Source: Anthoceros angustus | Lineage: Eukaryota; Plantae; Anthocerotophyta | DNA: 64,000 bases | Reading direction: 5' to 3' | Assembly: GCA_010909165.1 (NCBI GenBank) | Contig: MU008205.1 | Location: 346,130-410,129 of the forward strand | Shown here: positions 24,401 through 37,449 of the stretch, in pieces | How the letters are laid out: each line of letters begins with the position of its first letter | How positions within the stretch are numbered: position 1 is the first letter of the stretch | Translations under genes and position numbers: made by a program | Notes under the pieces: generated by a model | The model's input: the letters and a program-made list of their open reading frames with translations, nothing else | The model's database searches: none | What the model was told of the DNA's origin: nothing

Positions 24401-27400
24401 GTGAAAGGGTCAAGCCTATATGCCTTGGATTGGTCGAATAGCCGATGAATAAGAGCTTCTTACCCTTATCGTCCCATTTCTTACGCAGTCATCGGAATAT
24501 GAGCAAATGCGTGCCGAATATCTGAAGTGAGATATCGGGCTTATGTCCCGTCCAGCGTGTATGGTGTGATGTTGGGGAGCTCCTTCGTTTGGCGGTCGGT
24601 TTTAAGATAGTTGGCGTGAAGCGGCTTCTTCGATATCCTTGTGTGAGCCACGGCGGCAGTAGGGCAGAGATTTCCAGCAATGATCTATTCAGCCTTTACT
24701 GAAGGGATTTTTGGGCTGGTGTGTAGGGGACGGTGAGCTGCTTGATTCCCTTGGTTGTGCAATATTCACGGAAGGAGTGACTCGGTATTCTCCAACATTG
24801 TCCGTTCAAGGGTCTTGAATGCTTCTTCAATTGATCGAGGCACGCCCCGCATCTCGATGGTGGCATAGCTTGGTGTAGAGCAAGGTTGACTGATGAGCTT
24901 GGCTGTTGTTGTTGCGCATCGCCTCCGAGCCGGAGCTGGGTTTTGCCTGGATGTGGCCCCGCCGATGGTAATCGCCCTTCCACTGGATCGAGGGCGCCGA
25001 CGGTAGAGCGTCGAGTGAGAGCTCGGTTCGGCCGGTAAAAGTTGCCGCGCTGGCCGTTGGTGCAGGAGGTAGGTTAAGTTCGATAATTCGTGCTGAGACG
25101 GTACCTATGGCTTGTGGTCAGGCCGGAGCAGTATTAGCCAGGCCGGAGGCGGTGGTCAACTATGGCTTGTGGCCGGAGCGGTTTGTTGAGCGGCCTGGTT
25201 GCCTGTCTGACCTTGCAGTTCAATGATTTGTTCGTAATCTGTAGGGTTAGATGTGTCCCCCTCAAGGTCAGAGAGGGAAGAAGGGGAGAAACCGTGCAAA
25301 GGAGCAGTGAGGGGTTTGGGATTGTACAGACTGCAGATAAGTGTTGAGCAATGTTGCTTCATGAAAATGGACAACTGCGAGATAGAGTTACTGACGTGAA
25401 AGGGTCAAGCCTATATGCCTTGGATTGGTCGAATAGCCGGCGAATAAGAGCTTACCCTTATCGTCCCATTTCTACGCAGGTCATCGGAATATGAGCAAAT
25501 GCGTGCCAATATCCCAAGTGAGATATGCGGGCTTATGTCCCGCCCTCGTATGGTGTGATGTTGGGGAGCTCCTTCGCGGTCGGTTTTAAGATAGTTGGCC
25601 GTGGAAACGCCGCCAAAGATCCTTGTGTGAGCCCTGACAGCTTGAGTAGGGAACGAGAGATTTCCAGCAATGATCTATTCAGCCTTTCTGCGAAGGGATT
25701 TTGAGCTGGTGTGTAGGGGACGGTGAGCTGCCGTTTGATTCCCTTGGTTGTGCAATATTCCTGGAAGGAGTGACTCAGGTATTCTCCAGCATTGTCCGTT
25801 CGAAGGGTGCTGACCTGAAGTCCTGTGTGCCGTTCTGCTAGTACCACAAACTCTTGAAAACATTGAAAGGCCTGGTCCTTGTGCTTGAGAAAGTATGTGT
25901 AGCAATAGCGGCTCCATTCGTCGAGGAATGTCAAGAAGTAGGAATGACCACCAAAAGAGGATGTGCTCATGGGTCCGCAGATGTCTGAATGGACGACTTC
26001 GAGCAGACGCGTTGCTCTTGTAGGTAAGGGGTCATTAAAAGGTAGCTGGTTCAGCTTGGTGTATTGGCAGGTCTCACAGTGCAGGTCTGGGGAGATTCTT
26101 CCTGAGATGGGGTCTCGGTACATGGTTGGGCTGGACAGGGAGTTCAAGTAGAGTCTTGAGATGGCCAAGCTCGATGCCATAAGAGGGACTTGGACAAGGT
26201 TCTGGTTGCTGACTTCTGAGCGTCGACCAACAAGGAAGTGGACTGAATGTTTAGGAGGTAAAGGTCGTTATACGGCAGACCATGTGCTAAAGTGGTTTTT
26301 GAAAGATCAGCATAATTGTAGATGAGACAGTGATTACCCTGAAAGGTGATGGTGAGATTGTGCTCAGTTGCTAACTTTCGTACTGACAGTAGGTTCTTTG
26401 TCATACATGGTACGTGCAAGACTCCGGTGATGAGAAGGGTTTCTCTGTTGGAGAGCTGCAATGAGACGTTGCCGGTACCTGCTATTGCCAGGGCGCTGTC
26501 GTCTCCTAAGAGGACATGCTGATCCGCAGGGGAATCGTGGTAGGATTCAAAAGCTTCCTTGCTGCTGCATATGTGAGTGGTTGCGCCGGAGTCCAGGAAC
26601 CATCTGTTCGCGTCTATCCTGGTGAGTGTTAGGCATACGGCCAATACTGAGGTAGGAGAGGCAGACTTTGAGCTTGTGTAGTGTGACTCGTTGCGGGGTG
26701 ATCCGCGACGAGGTTCGCCAGCCAACTTCTTTCGGCACTCATTTTCGTAGTGCCCAGGAATGCGGCACCAATTGCACGAGCCCTTTGTTCTTCGATCGGA
26801 CTGTCTGTCGCTGCCGGAGGATGGCTGAGAGGGAGGCCTACGCATACCAAAATTGCCGCGGCCGCGTCCTCTTCTGGTGCCGCCTCCTCTTGCCGTAAAT
26901 GTGAGTGCCGAGTTACCGCCTGCCGTGGATCTCGGATTCCTCCTCCAAAAGGGCTGCGACTATCAAAGGAGGGTATAGGTGGATGTTTGCCTCACGCCGT
27001 TGTTCCGAATCGCCGTACGCCGCGTAATTTTGGCACCGATGAAGGTCCCGTATGCAGGTTGAGGGAGGGCAACCGCACCGTAATTCGGAGATAACGGTAC
27101 CTCCCGAGGCGAGCTTTGCTCTGAGTGACCTGAACACATTTACATGCTGCTCAACAGTGTCGGAGTCCTTCATTCTGAGGGAATAAAATTGTCTTGTTGC
27201 GTTGACCAGGGACATGCTGCTTTGGGATTGGAACATGTCCTTGAATGTCTTCCAGATAGCGTGGGAGGTGGCTTGGCCGTTTGTGTGCTGCAACATGCTC
27301 TTATCGATGGCAGAAATGAGTATGCTTCTTGCTCGCTTGTCCTTCTTGGTCCAAGCGGCAATCTGATCAGGGGTGGCAGGAGGGACAGATGAGGCTGATG

Positions 27401-27552
27401 GTATGGTAACTGTACCGTCCACTACGCCCATGAGGTCATGTTCCACCAGGAGCGCGGTGATTCGCATCTCCCAGATGTCGTAGTCGCTTCCTGTGAAGCG
27501 ATCTCGATCCCTGAATCCTACCTTGGTGGTGTTCACTATGCTGGTGGCCATG
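18403..27552 (-). pseudogene. gag-pol: Copia-1 gag-pol (frameshifted and partly repeated)
   Basis: Gag RDRFTGSDYDIW, zinc knuckle CNWCRIPGHYENEC, protease WFLDSGATTH, integrase VHSDICG...LRTDNAGEY...AERLNR, RT LYGLKQS and YVVD (sic), RNase H NADWAG...SSTEAE...ARTKHVE. Confidence 0.9.
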
Positions 27553-28500
27553 GCTGAGCGCTTTGCGAGACGGGTGAGCTCTTTTGCAATCAATTTAGTT
27601 GTGTGCTGACCTAATGGGTCGTATCGAGGCATTCGCCTCTTCAAAACGCCTTTGATTCATTGTGCGTGTTCAGAGGTAGGTTGGATATGGCAACAAGGAG
27701 TGCCTCCATCTGCGATTTAATCAAGATTAGTTGGCTCTGAAGGTGGTCCCCGGGGAAAATGGCAGAGGTGCGAGGAGCCAGTAAGGTTGTGCTGCATGTA
27801 AGCGTGCGATGGTGTGCCACAATGGAATCTCATGATGCTTCTTGCTTAGGAGATAGTTTGGCATGATGGCAGAGGTGTCGCGCGGTGATTGAGTTCTCGT
27901 CGTTGAAGAGTCGTGGGTGGTGGTCGACTCTCCTTGGGCGTTCTGCTTGGGGCGAGTTGGAGGGTGCGGCCGAGGCATGGCGGCAGAGCTTAGGATCGTT
28001 GGAGTTGTGTCACCTAATGGGTCGATCGAGGCATTCGCCTCTTCAAACACTTTGATTCATTGTGCGTGTTCGGAGGTAGGTTGGATATGGCAACAAGGAG
28101 TGCCTCCATCTGCGATTTAATCAAGATTAGTTGGCTCTGAAGGTGGTCCCCGGGGAAAATGGCAGAGGTGCGAGGAGTAGGGTTGTCGCAACTGTGCGTG
28201 CGGTTTGCCACTGTGGAATCTCATGATGCTTCTTGCTTCCGGGAGATAGTTTGGCATGATGACGAAGGTGTCGCCGCAGTGATTGCAGGTTCTCGTCGTT
28301 GAAGGAGTCACTGGTCGGGGGTGGTGAGAAATCGACTCTCCTTGGAGCGTTCCTGCCGGGGGCGAAGTTGGCCGGGGTGCGACGCCGAGGCATGGCAGCA
28401 GGCTTAGGATCGTTGGAGTTTGTCCCCGCTGCATTGGACGCGCCCCATTGCGGGTGGCTAAGGGTAGCCAGGGCGAGGCCGAACGGGGCGGAGCTCCTCG

Positions 28501-28512
28501 GCTCTGATACCA
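28501..28512 (-). promoter_or_regulatory. PBS (tRNA-iMet) of Copia-1
   Basis: gctctgatacca is the reverse complement of TGGTATCAGAGC and abuts the LTR. Confidence 0.9.
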
Positions 28513-28740
28513 TAAAGAGGAGGCAAGAGCGATGCAAAGGATTATTCTATTGATGATTTGGAACATATTTATAGAGTGTTTTATGCGATTTATAGCTAGC
28601 ATCATCATCTTGTATGTCGGGTATGATAGCGAGTAAATGGTTAATGGCGATGGATTACATTTCGCGTCTAATTAATTCTAAACCTCTGCACGAGCGAAGC
28701 GTGCCCTAATCTGCTGGTATGGCGAGCCGGGACTCCAACA
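28513..28740 (-). repeat. 5' LTR of Copia-1
   Basis: taaagaggaggcaagagcg...ggactccaaca, matching 17803-18026. Confidence 0.9.
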
Positions 28741-30069
28741 AGCATCCCGACGGTCCACTTGGGTCCTTCCTCCCTCTATTGCCATCTCGGGGCTCACCCA
28801 TCAGCTCACACCAAACATGCCTACCAGATGAGTCCACCATCGATCGCATAGCGGGCTGGGACCGGACCTCCTTAACCTACCCCGACCCATTCCTCATTCT
28901 ATCTTCCTCGAGTCCGCCCATCTTCAATTGGTGCGGCCGCTGTATCTACAGCGCTGCTGTTCCTCTTCTCACACGACCTCTCATTTACCAGGCGTTGTGC
29001 CGTCACCTGGGGAATCCATTGTTGCCCAAACTGTGGAAAACTCATAACTCCACCAGTGCTTTCACACAGCACGTCTGGAGGCACACCACCACTATCTCCC
29101 CGCCTGGTTAATAGCAACAACTCAGGTATACCCACCCCCTGCACCGATGTGCAGTGATGTTCAACCCTCCCATCAAAAACCTCCTTAGTCACCAGTTCCG
29201 CCCCACCTTCCTTTGGATTTACGCACTGGCCCGGCCTTAATGTGTGCCCTTAGTGCATCGTACTTTTTCCATAACCTGTGCAGATATTCGCAGCCTCACA
29301 CAGACTGCAACCATCACTCACCGACACGATGGGACAACAAACCAACATTACAACAAACGAATGTAAGCAAACTCTACTCTCCCAAACATTCCAAGAAGCA
29401 AATCAAATTTGGCCCGTCTCCTGAAAGTGGAGTGTGTCACTAGCCCTAAGGAGACCTTGTTTTGCGTAGTTTGCAAGTGCAGGTTGTTGTAAATCAAGTT
29501 CATTCAGTCTATGTTTTGAGTTGGCATTTGTGTATATCTCTGCCTTGTTGTTTTTGATATCATTGGATTTGTTGCTAATACATTCTTGCTGAAGATTGAC
29601 CTTTTTTGTGTGTAGGTGGACTCGCATTTGCTTTCAAGTTTGTGCTATGAAAGGTTTTTGTCTTGACAATAGCTGTAGTTTTGGTCTTAACAATACGAAG
29701 TTCCTTTTTCCCTCCATATTCAAAACTGACTAACTTTTCTCCTTTCTTAGAACTGACTAAGTCTTCTCTTCTGAATCTTCTACAATTTGCAATTGACATT
29801 TCTTGCTAGACTGCTATCAAGTTTTGCATATTTTCTCTTTGAAGCTTTTTTTTTGAATTTGATCTTAGATATTAAGAGTTGTAGATTTGAATTTTCTTGC
29901 TTGACCTATTCGCTATAACCCAACAATATGTTTTGTTAATTTCAAATGTCGGAGTCTTCTGAAGTTCTTTTTTTATAGGATAGTCTCTTCTTACTAATCT
30001 TCGGCTTTTCTCCTCCTCTGCTCCATGTTCTACCTCTTTGCTCCAGTTTATAACTCTTTGTTTCATTTT

Positions 30070-30235
30070 CTACCCTCTGCTCCATTTTTTACTCCTTTGC
30101 TCTGGTTCCTATTCCTCACCTCCGTTTTCTATTGCTCTGCTCCATTTTTTACTCCTTTGCTCTGGTTCCTATTCCTCACCTCCGTTTTCTATTGCTCTGC
30201 TCCGTTTTCTATTGCTCTGCTCCGTTTTCTATCCC
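30070..30235. repeat. Pyrimidine-rich tandem repeat (two 60-bp units plus 20-bp subunits)
   Basis: ctctgctccatttttactcctttgctctggttcctattcctcacctccgttttctattg occurs twice, then ctctgctccgtttttctat repeats. Confidence 0.8.
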
Positions 30236-30759
30236 TCGGGAATGACTTTTACCTATTTATCTTATACTTTTTCTTTGAGTTTGAACAGCCCAGTTGGACA
30301 AATTTGTTCCAGTTAAGTCGTTCCCGTTTTCCTAGCGCGCCGACCTCCCTCATGTGTGGTCTTCGGTAGACTGGGCAGGCCGACCTCCCTCGGGTGTGTA
30401 GTCTTTGGGCGATTCTTTCTAAAAATACTGAAAATATTTTATTGATATTTTAGATATAGATATGTAAAAATATTTTTTTCCTTTTACAAAGTAAAGTCAT
30501 TTTTCTCATTCCAAAAGTTTACCGCTTCTATCATTAAACAAAAGGGGGCGAGCCCGCCGGGCTCTTGACGAGGCTGTGAAGAGGCCGCGGTTTTAAGATG
30601 GTGTAAGAGTTTTAAGGGCCCGCATTCTTCAAGCTGCTATCGGCACCGTGCTTCTCTGGTTCTCTCGTCTTCGTGCTTCTCGGTTAGTCCAGACGAGGGC
30701 TTCGATTGTGTTTGCTATCTCCATCAGGTCGGTGTGTGTCTTAAAAGCCTGAGCAGTCA

Positions 30760-31787
30760 ATGGCTTGGTGGGCCAAGAGGGGGAGTGCCAAGGAGCTGGT
30801 AGTGGGGGCGGAACTCCTTGAGGTGCGGTTCGTCAGGTTGCACTGCATCCGATCCGGACCCGGAGAGCTGGGGCAGAAAGGCGTGTTTACGGTGCCAAGG
30901 AGTGCCGCGGACGGCGTCCTGCGGCCTCTCGGCCCCTTCCACGAGACTCTGCTCCTTGCCCAAAGTCTTCCGCCAACGCAGCTGCCGGCCATATTGACTT
31001 CCCTGGCTGCACTCCGCGGGGTGATGTGGTATTGCTCCTCCTACGCAGGTAACAGAAGGGAGCTCGACCGGCAGGCCAACGTCCGCAGATTCTGCCAATC
31101 GGTCAAGGGGATCCAACTACTCCAGGTAGCTGTTGCTGAGCTTCTTAACCTCCGGGAGCTCGTGTACCAGCAACCGAGGCCGGGAACGATTTTGAGGCGG
31201 TGCTCACCCCAGGAGATCAGGGAGGAGTTGAACCTGCCGGCTCCTGCGACCGAGGAGGAAGCTTGGTTGCCCTCGAGAACCCACAGGCGGCACAGACCAT
31301 CATGGACTACAACGAGTGGCTGTCGGAGAGGGTGATGGCCATGCAAGGTGTGAACGATGAGCGGGACGTGGATGCCTTGGTTGCGTACGTGGAGGGCCTC
31401 AGCGCTCCCGCAGCTGAGAGGGGAGAGTGCAGCAAGTCAGCTGCAAAGCAGAGACGCCGGGTCCGCCGAAGGAATCAATCCCAGCAGAATGACATCCGCA
31501 GCCAAGGGTCCAACGGCAGACACGGTCCTCTGTACCCAGCAGATCTGCTACAAGTTCTTCCCCAGCGGCAAGGTTGTGGTGAGTGCGAGGTCGATGAGGC
31601 TGGCGCTCGACGAGCAGTTGGTTCCATAAGGCCTGCTGCTGATGAGCTCGAGGAGGAGGCTGCCGCTCGAGAACAAGTGCGTGCACCATGGCTGGAGTGG
31701 AAGGAAAACTCCGTCAGCTTAATCCAGCTGCTGTTTATCCTGCCCTACCCTGCAATGCCTCTTGTTTTTGAGCAGCTAGGTGGCTGA
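30760..31787 (+). CDS. Divergent intronless type II SKP1-like protein, copy B (frameshifted as assembled)
   Basis: LLQVA..AELLNLRELV...RRCSPQEIREELNLPAPATEEEAWLP, then DERDVDALVAYVEG and KQRRRVRRRNQ; collinear with copy A. Confidence 0.7.
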
Positions 31788-32232
31788 GCCATATGTAGCC
31801 ACGGTGCAGTTTCCATTACAAATGTATGTGGCAGTTATGTCTTACATTACATTACAAATGATGTATGACCCTAGTGCAAGATCCCTAGGTGACGACTTGT
31901 CCATGTCTCGAAGTGTTTGTGCCATGGCCGAGATATGTAAAAATATTTTTTTCCTTTTACAAAGTAAAGTCATTTTTCTCATTCCAAAAGTTTACCGCTT
32001 CTATCATTAAACAAAAGGGGGCGAGCCCGCCGGGCTCTTGACGAGGCTGTGAAGAGGCCGCGGTTTTAAGATGGTGTAAGAGTTTTAAGGGCCCGCATTC
32101 TTCAAGCTGCTATCGGCACCGTGCTTCTCTGGTTCTCTCGTCTTCGTGCTTCTCGGTTAGTCCAGACGAGGGCTTCGATTGTGTTTGCTATCTCCATCAG
32201 GTCGGTGTGTGTCTTAAAAGCCTGAGCAGTCA

Positions 32233-33260
32233 ATGGCTTGGTGGGCCAAGAGGGGAGTGCCAAGGAGCTGGTAGTGGGGCGGAACTCCTTGAGGTGCGGT
32301 TCGTCAGGTTGCACTGCATCCGATCCGGACCCGGAGAGCTGGGGCAGAAAGGCGTGTTTACGGTGCCAAGGAGTGCCGCGGACGGCGTCCTGCGGCCTCT
32401 CGGCCCCTTCCACGAGACTCTGCTCCTTGCCCAAAGTCTTCCGCCAACGCAGCTGCCGGCCATATTGACTTCCCTGGCTGCACTCCGCGGGGTGATGTGG
32501 TATTGCTCCTCCTACGCAGGTAACAGAAGGGAGCTCGACCGGCAGGCCAACGTCCGCAGATTCTGCCAATCGGTCAAGGGGATCCAACTACTCCAAGTAG
32601 CTGCTGCTGCTGAGCTTCTTAACCTCCGGGAGCTCGTGTACCAGGCAACCGAGGCCGGGAACGATTTTTGGAGGCGGTGCTCACCCCAAGAGATCAGGGA
32701 GGAGTTGAACCTGCCGGCTCCTGCGACCGAAGAGGAAGCTTGGTTGCCCCTCGAGAACCCACAGGCGGCACAGACCATCATGGACTACAACGAGTGGCTG
32801 TCGGAGAGGGTGATGGCCATGCAAGGTGTGAACGATGAGCGGGACGTGGATGCCTTGGTTGCGTACGTGGAGGGCCTCAGCGCTCCCGCAGCTGAGAGGG
32901 GAGAGTGCAGCAAGTCAGCTGCAAAGCAGAGACGCCGGGTCCGCTGAAGGAATCAATCCCAGCAGAATGACATCCGCAGCCAAGGTCCAACGGCAGACAC
33001 GGTCCTCTGTACCCAGCAGATCTGCAAGTTCTTCCCCAGCGGCAAGGTTGTGGTGAGTGCGAGGTCGATGAGGCTGGCGCTCGACGAGCAGTTGGTTCCA
33101 TAAGGCCTGCTGCTGATGAGCTCGAGGAGGAGGCTGCCGCTCGAGAAACAAGTGCGTGCACCATGGCTGGAGTGGAAGGAAAAACTCCGTCAGCTTAATC
33201 CAGCTGCTGTTTATCCTGCCCTACCCTGCAATGCCTCTTGTCGTTGAGCAGCTAGGTGGC
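32233..33260 (+). pseudogene. SKP1-like copy C (duplicate of B; premature TGA at 32945 and indels)
   Basis: The central ORF is continuous through the SKP1 helices and DERDVDAL. CGA>TGA relative to copy B. Confidence 0.65.
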
Positions 33261-35214
33261 GAGCCATATGTAGCCACGGTGTTTCCATTACAAATGTATG
33301 TGGCAGCTATGTCTTACATTACATTACAAATGATGTCTGATCCCTAGTGCAAGATCCCTAGGTGTAGACTTGTCCATGTCTCGAAGTGTTTGTGTGCCAT
33401 GGCCGAGATAAGTATTCCCTGGTTCTGTAAATTTATCAGCTGTGGTACCAATGTGTTTCACAGATTTGATGTTGCACTAACTGCTGTCCAGAGAGAATTA
33501 CAGCAAGAGAAGCTGTAGAGAAGCTCATGAGCTCAAGCTCTGCACATATCTGTTTATGTTTTGTTGCCATAGGTTGAAGCATGTGCTGACCACTGGAATA
33601 CGATCGGCTGTACATGTACAGGCTAGAGCAGTGGTCATGGGTCTGCACTTTTGTTAGCAATGCAGCGAGCAATCGCGCACAGCTTTGGGGTGCCAGCTTG
33701 GAGCGAGAGCTCATGGAACCTACCCTTGCCTTGTCTTGACAAGGCCGTGTTTTGAGACTGCAGTCTTCGCATTGTCCTGGCTACAGCTGCCGCCTGCCGA
33801 TGCCCTGAGGTTGTAGCATACATATGACGTGGGAATTCGCTTTACTGTCTCCTGACAAGTGATCACTCACCAGCTGGCAATACCGTAGTGAATGCGGTTC
33901 GCATCGCCCGTTCCTTGGCTATAATTTACTCCCTGCCCAGCCCGTGTGAAAGTCCAAGCTGAAGGACCCGACTTCAGGCAGATGCATGAAGGGAAGCTGC
34001 TTCGCGATCGCGGACGTCTCGCCGCTGTCACTTCAACGTCTTTATGTCGGCACCTCTTCAAGTACAATGTTAATGTGCATTGCACACAATCGGGTGGGCA
34101 TGCCCTGAATATTTTCAGAGACAACGAATGATTCGATCGTGACCTGCAGCGTACATACTGAGGGTGAGCGCTGGCCATGGAGTGTAGACTGAAGAGGAGC
34201 GCGCTCGAGGTGCCCAGCGGATGCATCTCCTACAGGTGTCGATGCTGCTTGGGAGCCCGGGACTCGCTGGCTGCGCACAGAAATTTGTGAGTGATCCGCC
34301 GCCCACAGATCCTGTTGCAGAGCAAGTATGTACATATCGGTACGTAGAAGTTACGCGTGGAGTAGGCGTTTGTAACCAGTCTATACTCATGCTGTACGCA
34401 GGTACATACATCATGTATGGATCCGGGCACCAAATCCATCCAGCCGCGTTAAAAGAAGGAAATAGAATTCCACTTGGACGGAATTTCAGTTCTGGGACTT
34501 GGTACTTCACAACTTGAACCCTGGTGTGCCTAAGCTACTTCCACTCCCTTTCAGGCGCCCCATGCAAGTACGGATCTAAGCGACGGATGCTTAACAGCGG
34601 CCTTCTTATTATAAGTATGTGTCCATTTTGGCCTAGAAGGTGCGAGCCTGCCAAATGTGCAAAAGAGGATGGCAACTGCGGCCCGCGGCTCACTTGCACC
34701 TTGCAAACATCTCCCGTCCTCGGGACTCGTGTGATTACTCGCACCCGTAGACGGACATATATACATACATATGTCGCATACGTGGTTTCTACATATATTT
34801 GTACGTAGGCGGTTTCACAGGCGTGAGCCTGTCCTGTTGATGCGGAACTGGCTGACAGCACTGTGGTACATTTGATGTTCTTGTCAGTAGGGTTCTGTTC
34901 CCATCCAACCGAGGCCCGGCCCAGCCACTGGCTAATAATAAGACCTCCACCAGACTGTTAAACAACGACTTATTACCCACACGGTCTGTCTGCCACTGTT
35001 TGAGTGCGGGCAGATGCATGGCGGATGTATCAAGTCCTTGTCGGGAAAGGGAAACAGCGAAGAATTTGTTCGACCCACCAGTCCAGCTCGGAGTCATGTT
35101 ATCGAAAGGCATCCATAGGATTCGAGCTGGAATCGGATACATTTTGGTTGCAAAAAGACACCAGAGGTGCAGAGCCAGTTGTAGACAGTAGACCGTAGGT
35201 GTTGTCAAGGCTGT

Positions 35215-35500
35215 GTGTGAAACACAAGCACAGCATCTTTTGTTTTCCCTCCAGATTTCGGAGATACAGGTCGATGTGGAACACAAGCACAGCCCCCCTC
35301 CTTTTCCCTCCAGAGTTTGGGTTCCACACAAGCACAGCCTCCTTTCATTTCCCTCCAGAGTTTGGGTTCCACACAGGCACCACTTTGAGTTCCACACAAG
35401 CACAACCTCCCTTGTTTTCGCTCCAGAGCTCGGAGATATAGGTTGATGTGGAACACAAGCACAAGCCACATTTGCTTTTCCCTCCAAAGTTTGGAGACAG
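35215..35500. repeat. Minisatellite, about six 25-60 bp units
   Basis: Recurring acacaagcacagc...ttccctccagagtttgg. Confidence 0.8.
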
Positions 35501-35832
35501 GTTGAGATGAAGGTGGCTATAATGTACAACATGGCAAGAGTCATTCTTGGGGAAGCGGTAGCAATAGCTAGCCTTTGTATTCTCATTTTCACAAGGATAA
35601 GGTAAGAGGGCAGCTAGATGCAGTCAGAAACTAATATCGGTCACACCCTATGTACAAAGCAGGAGGAGGAAGGAGGCCACAGAACATACACACACACCAC
35701 ATCCAGCATGCCCAATCCATGCCCGCCGCATATGGAGACTGCCAATGTGGTCCCTAGGGCAAGCAGCAAGAGCGAGAGCAGTAGTTGCGGTGAAGAAGAA
35801 GGTGAAGAAGCAGAGACAGATGGTGGGTTAGG

Positions 35833-36093
35833 TCAGAGGCGAATGGCGCACATGGCTCCCAAGGGCGCGCTGCTGTTGGTGCCCTGCGAATGCGCCAGAG
35901 GCCTTCTGGTAGGCACCATCCTCCAGCTCCGGCTCCTGGGATCGTAAACCTGAAACAACATCACCCCCTTCTTCCTGCCGGCCCCTTCAGGCTGGAGTGA
36001 TATGAAGGTGTTCGGACCTATCTCAGTCAAGCTTACGGTGCTGCTAAATTTGATGAAATCTGCGCTGCTTTGACGGTATGGAAGGATGCTCAT
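35833..36093 (-). pseudogene. Possible kelch/F-box-associated beta-propeller fragment
   Basis: Only a single motif, LFQVYDPRSRSWRMVP. Confidence 0.3.
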
Positions 36094-36204
36094 TTTCCGT
36101 TGTTGTGCGGATCACAGAGTTTCTCTTGGGATTTTGCCCGGGCTGAAGTAGGATGAACGGCAGTGAGTGATGGAATGTGACCCTAAGGATGGATATGAAT
36201 GGCC

Positions 36205-37132
<928 letters not shown>

Positions 37133-37339
37133 GTCTGTTGGTCATATTTGCACTCTAAAAAACTGTCCTGCGTAATTTCTGGGAACAAGTTCACATGTTG
37201 GCTTTGTGATTGTGTTCAGGGATATGACAAGATTTTGACGTATGAATGAGAATCACAGGAGCTGCTGGTGACTGATGACATGACTACTGTTCACAGTGGT
37301 CGGCATTGAGGCAATTTCGAACATCAAATCGGGGAACGG

Positions 37340-37440
37340 GGACACCACGCTGATGTGTGTGTCGCCAGCGGTTTGGTGAAAATGTATGCGAACTGTGGCA
37401 GCATGAAAGATGCTGCGGAAAATGCGAGAGGATGGTACGT
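37340..37440 (+). pseudogene. PPR motif fragment
   Basis: VASGLVKMYANCGSMKDA; reverse-complement homolog of 15795-15890. Confidence 0.7.
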
Positions 37441-37449
37441 GGAGAGCTC

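Larger units (their letters stand above)
17803..28740 (-). mobile_element. Complete-boundary Ty1/copia element (Copia-1) with internally multiplied int/RT segments
   Basis: LTRs at 17803-18026 and 28513-28740, perfect 5-bp TSD AGCAT (17798-17802 and 28741-28745), PBS at 28501-28512, PPT at 18027-18037, domain order gag-PR-INT-RT-RH. Confidence 0.95.
30458..33410 (+). repeat. Near-identical ~1.47 kb tandem duplication carrying SKP1-like copies B and C
   Basis: agatatgtaaaaatatt starts at 30458 and again at 31931. The junction sits on an AGATA microhomology. Confidence 0.9.

Noticed and set aside
30556-30570. GAGCCC-gcc-GGGCTC hairpin as a Helitron 3' end
   Set aside because: There is no CTRR terminus at the expected distance and no matching 5' end.
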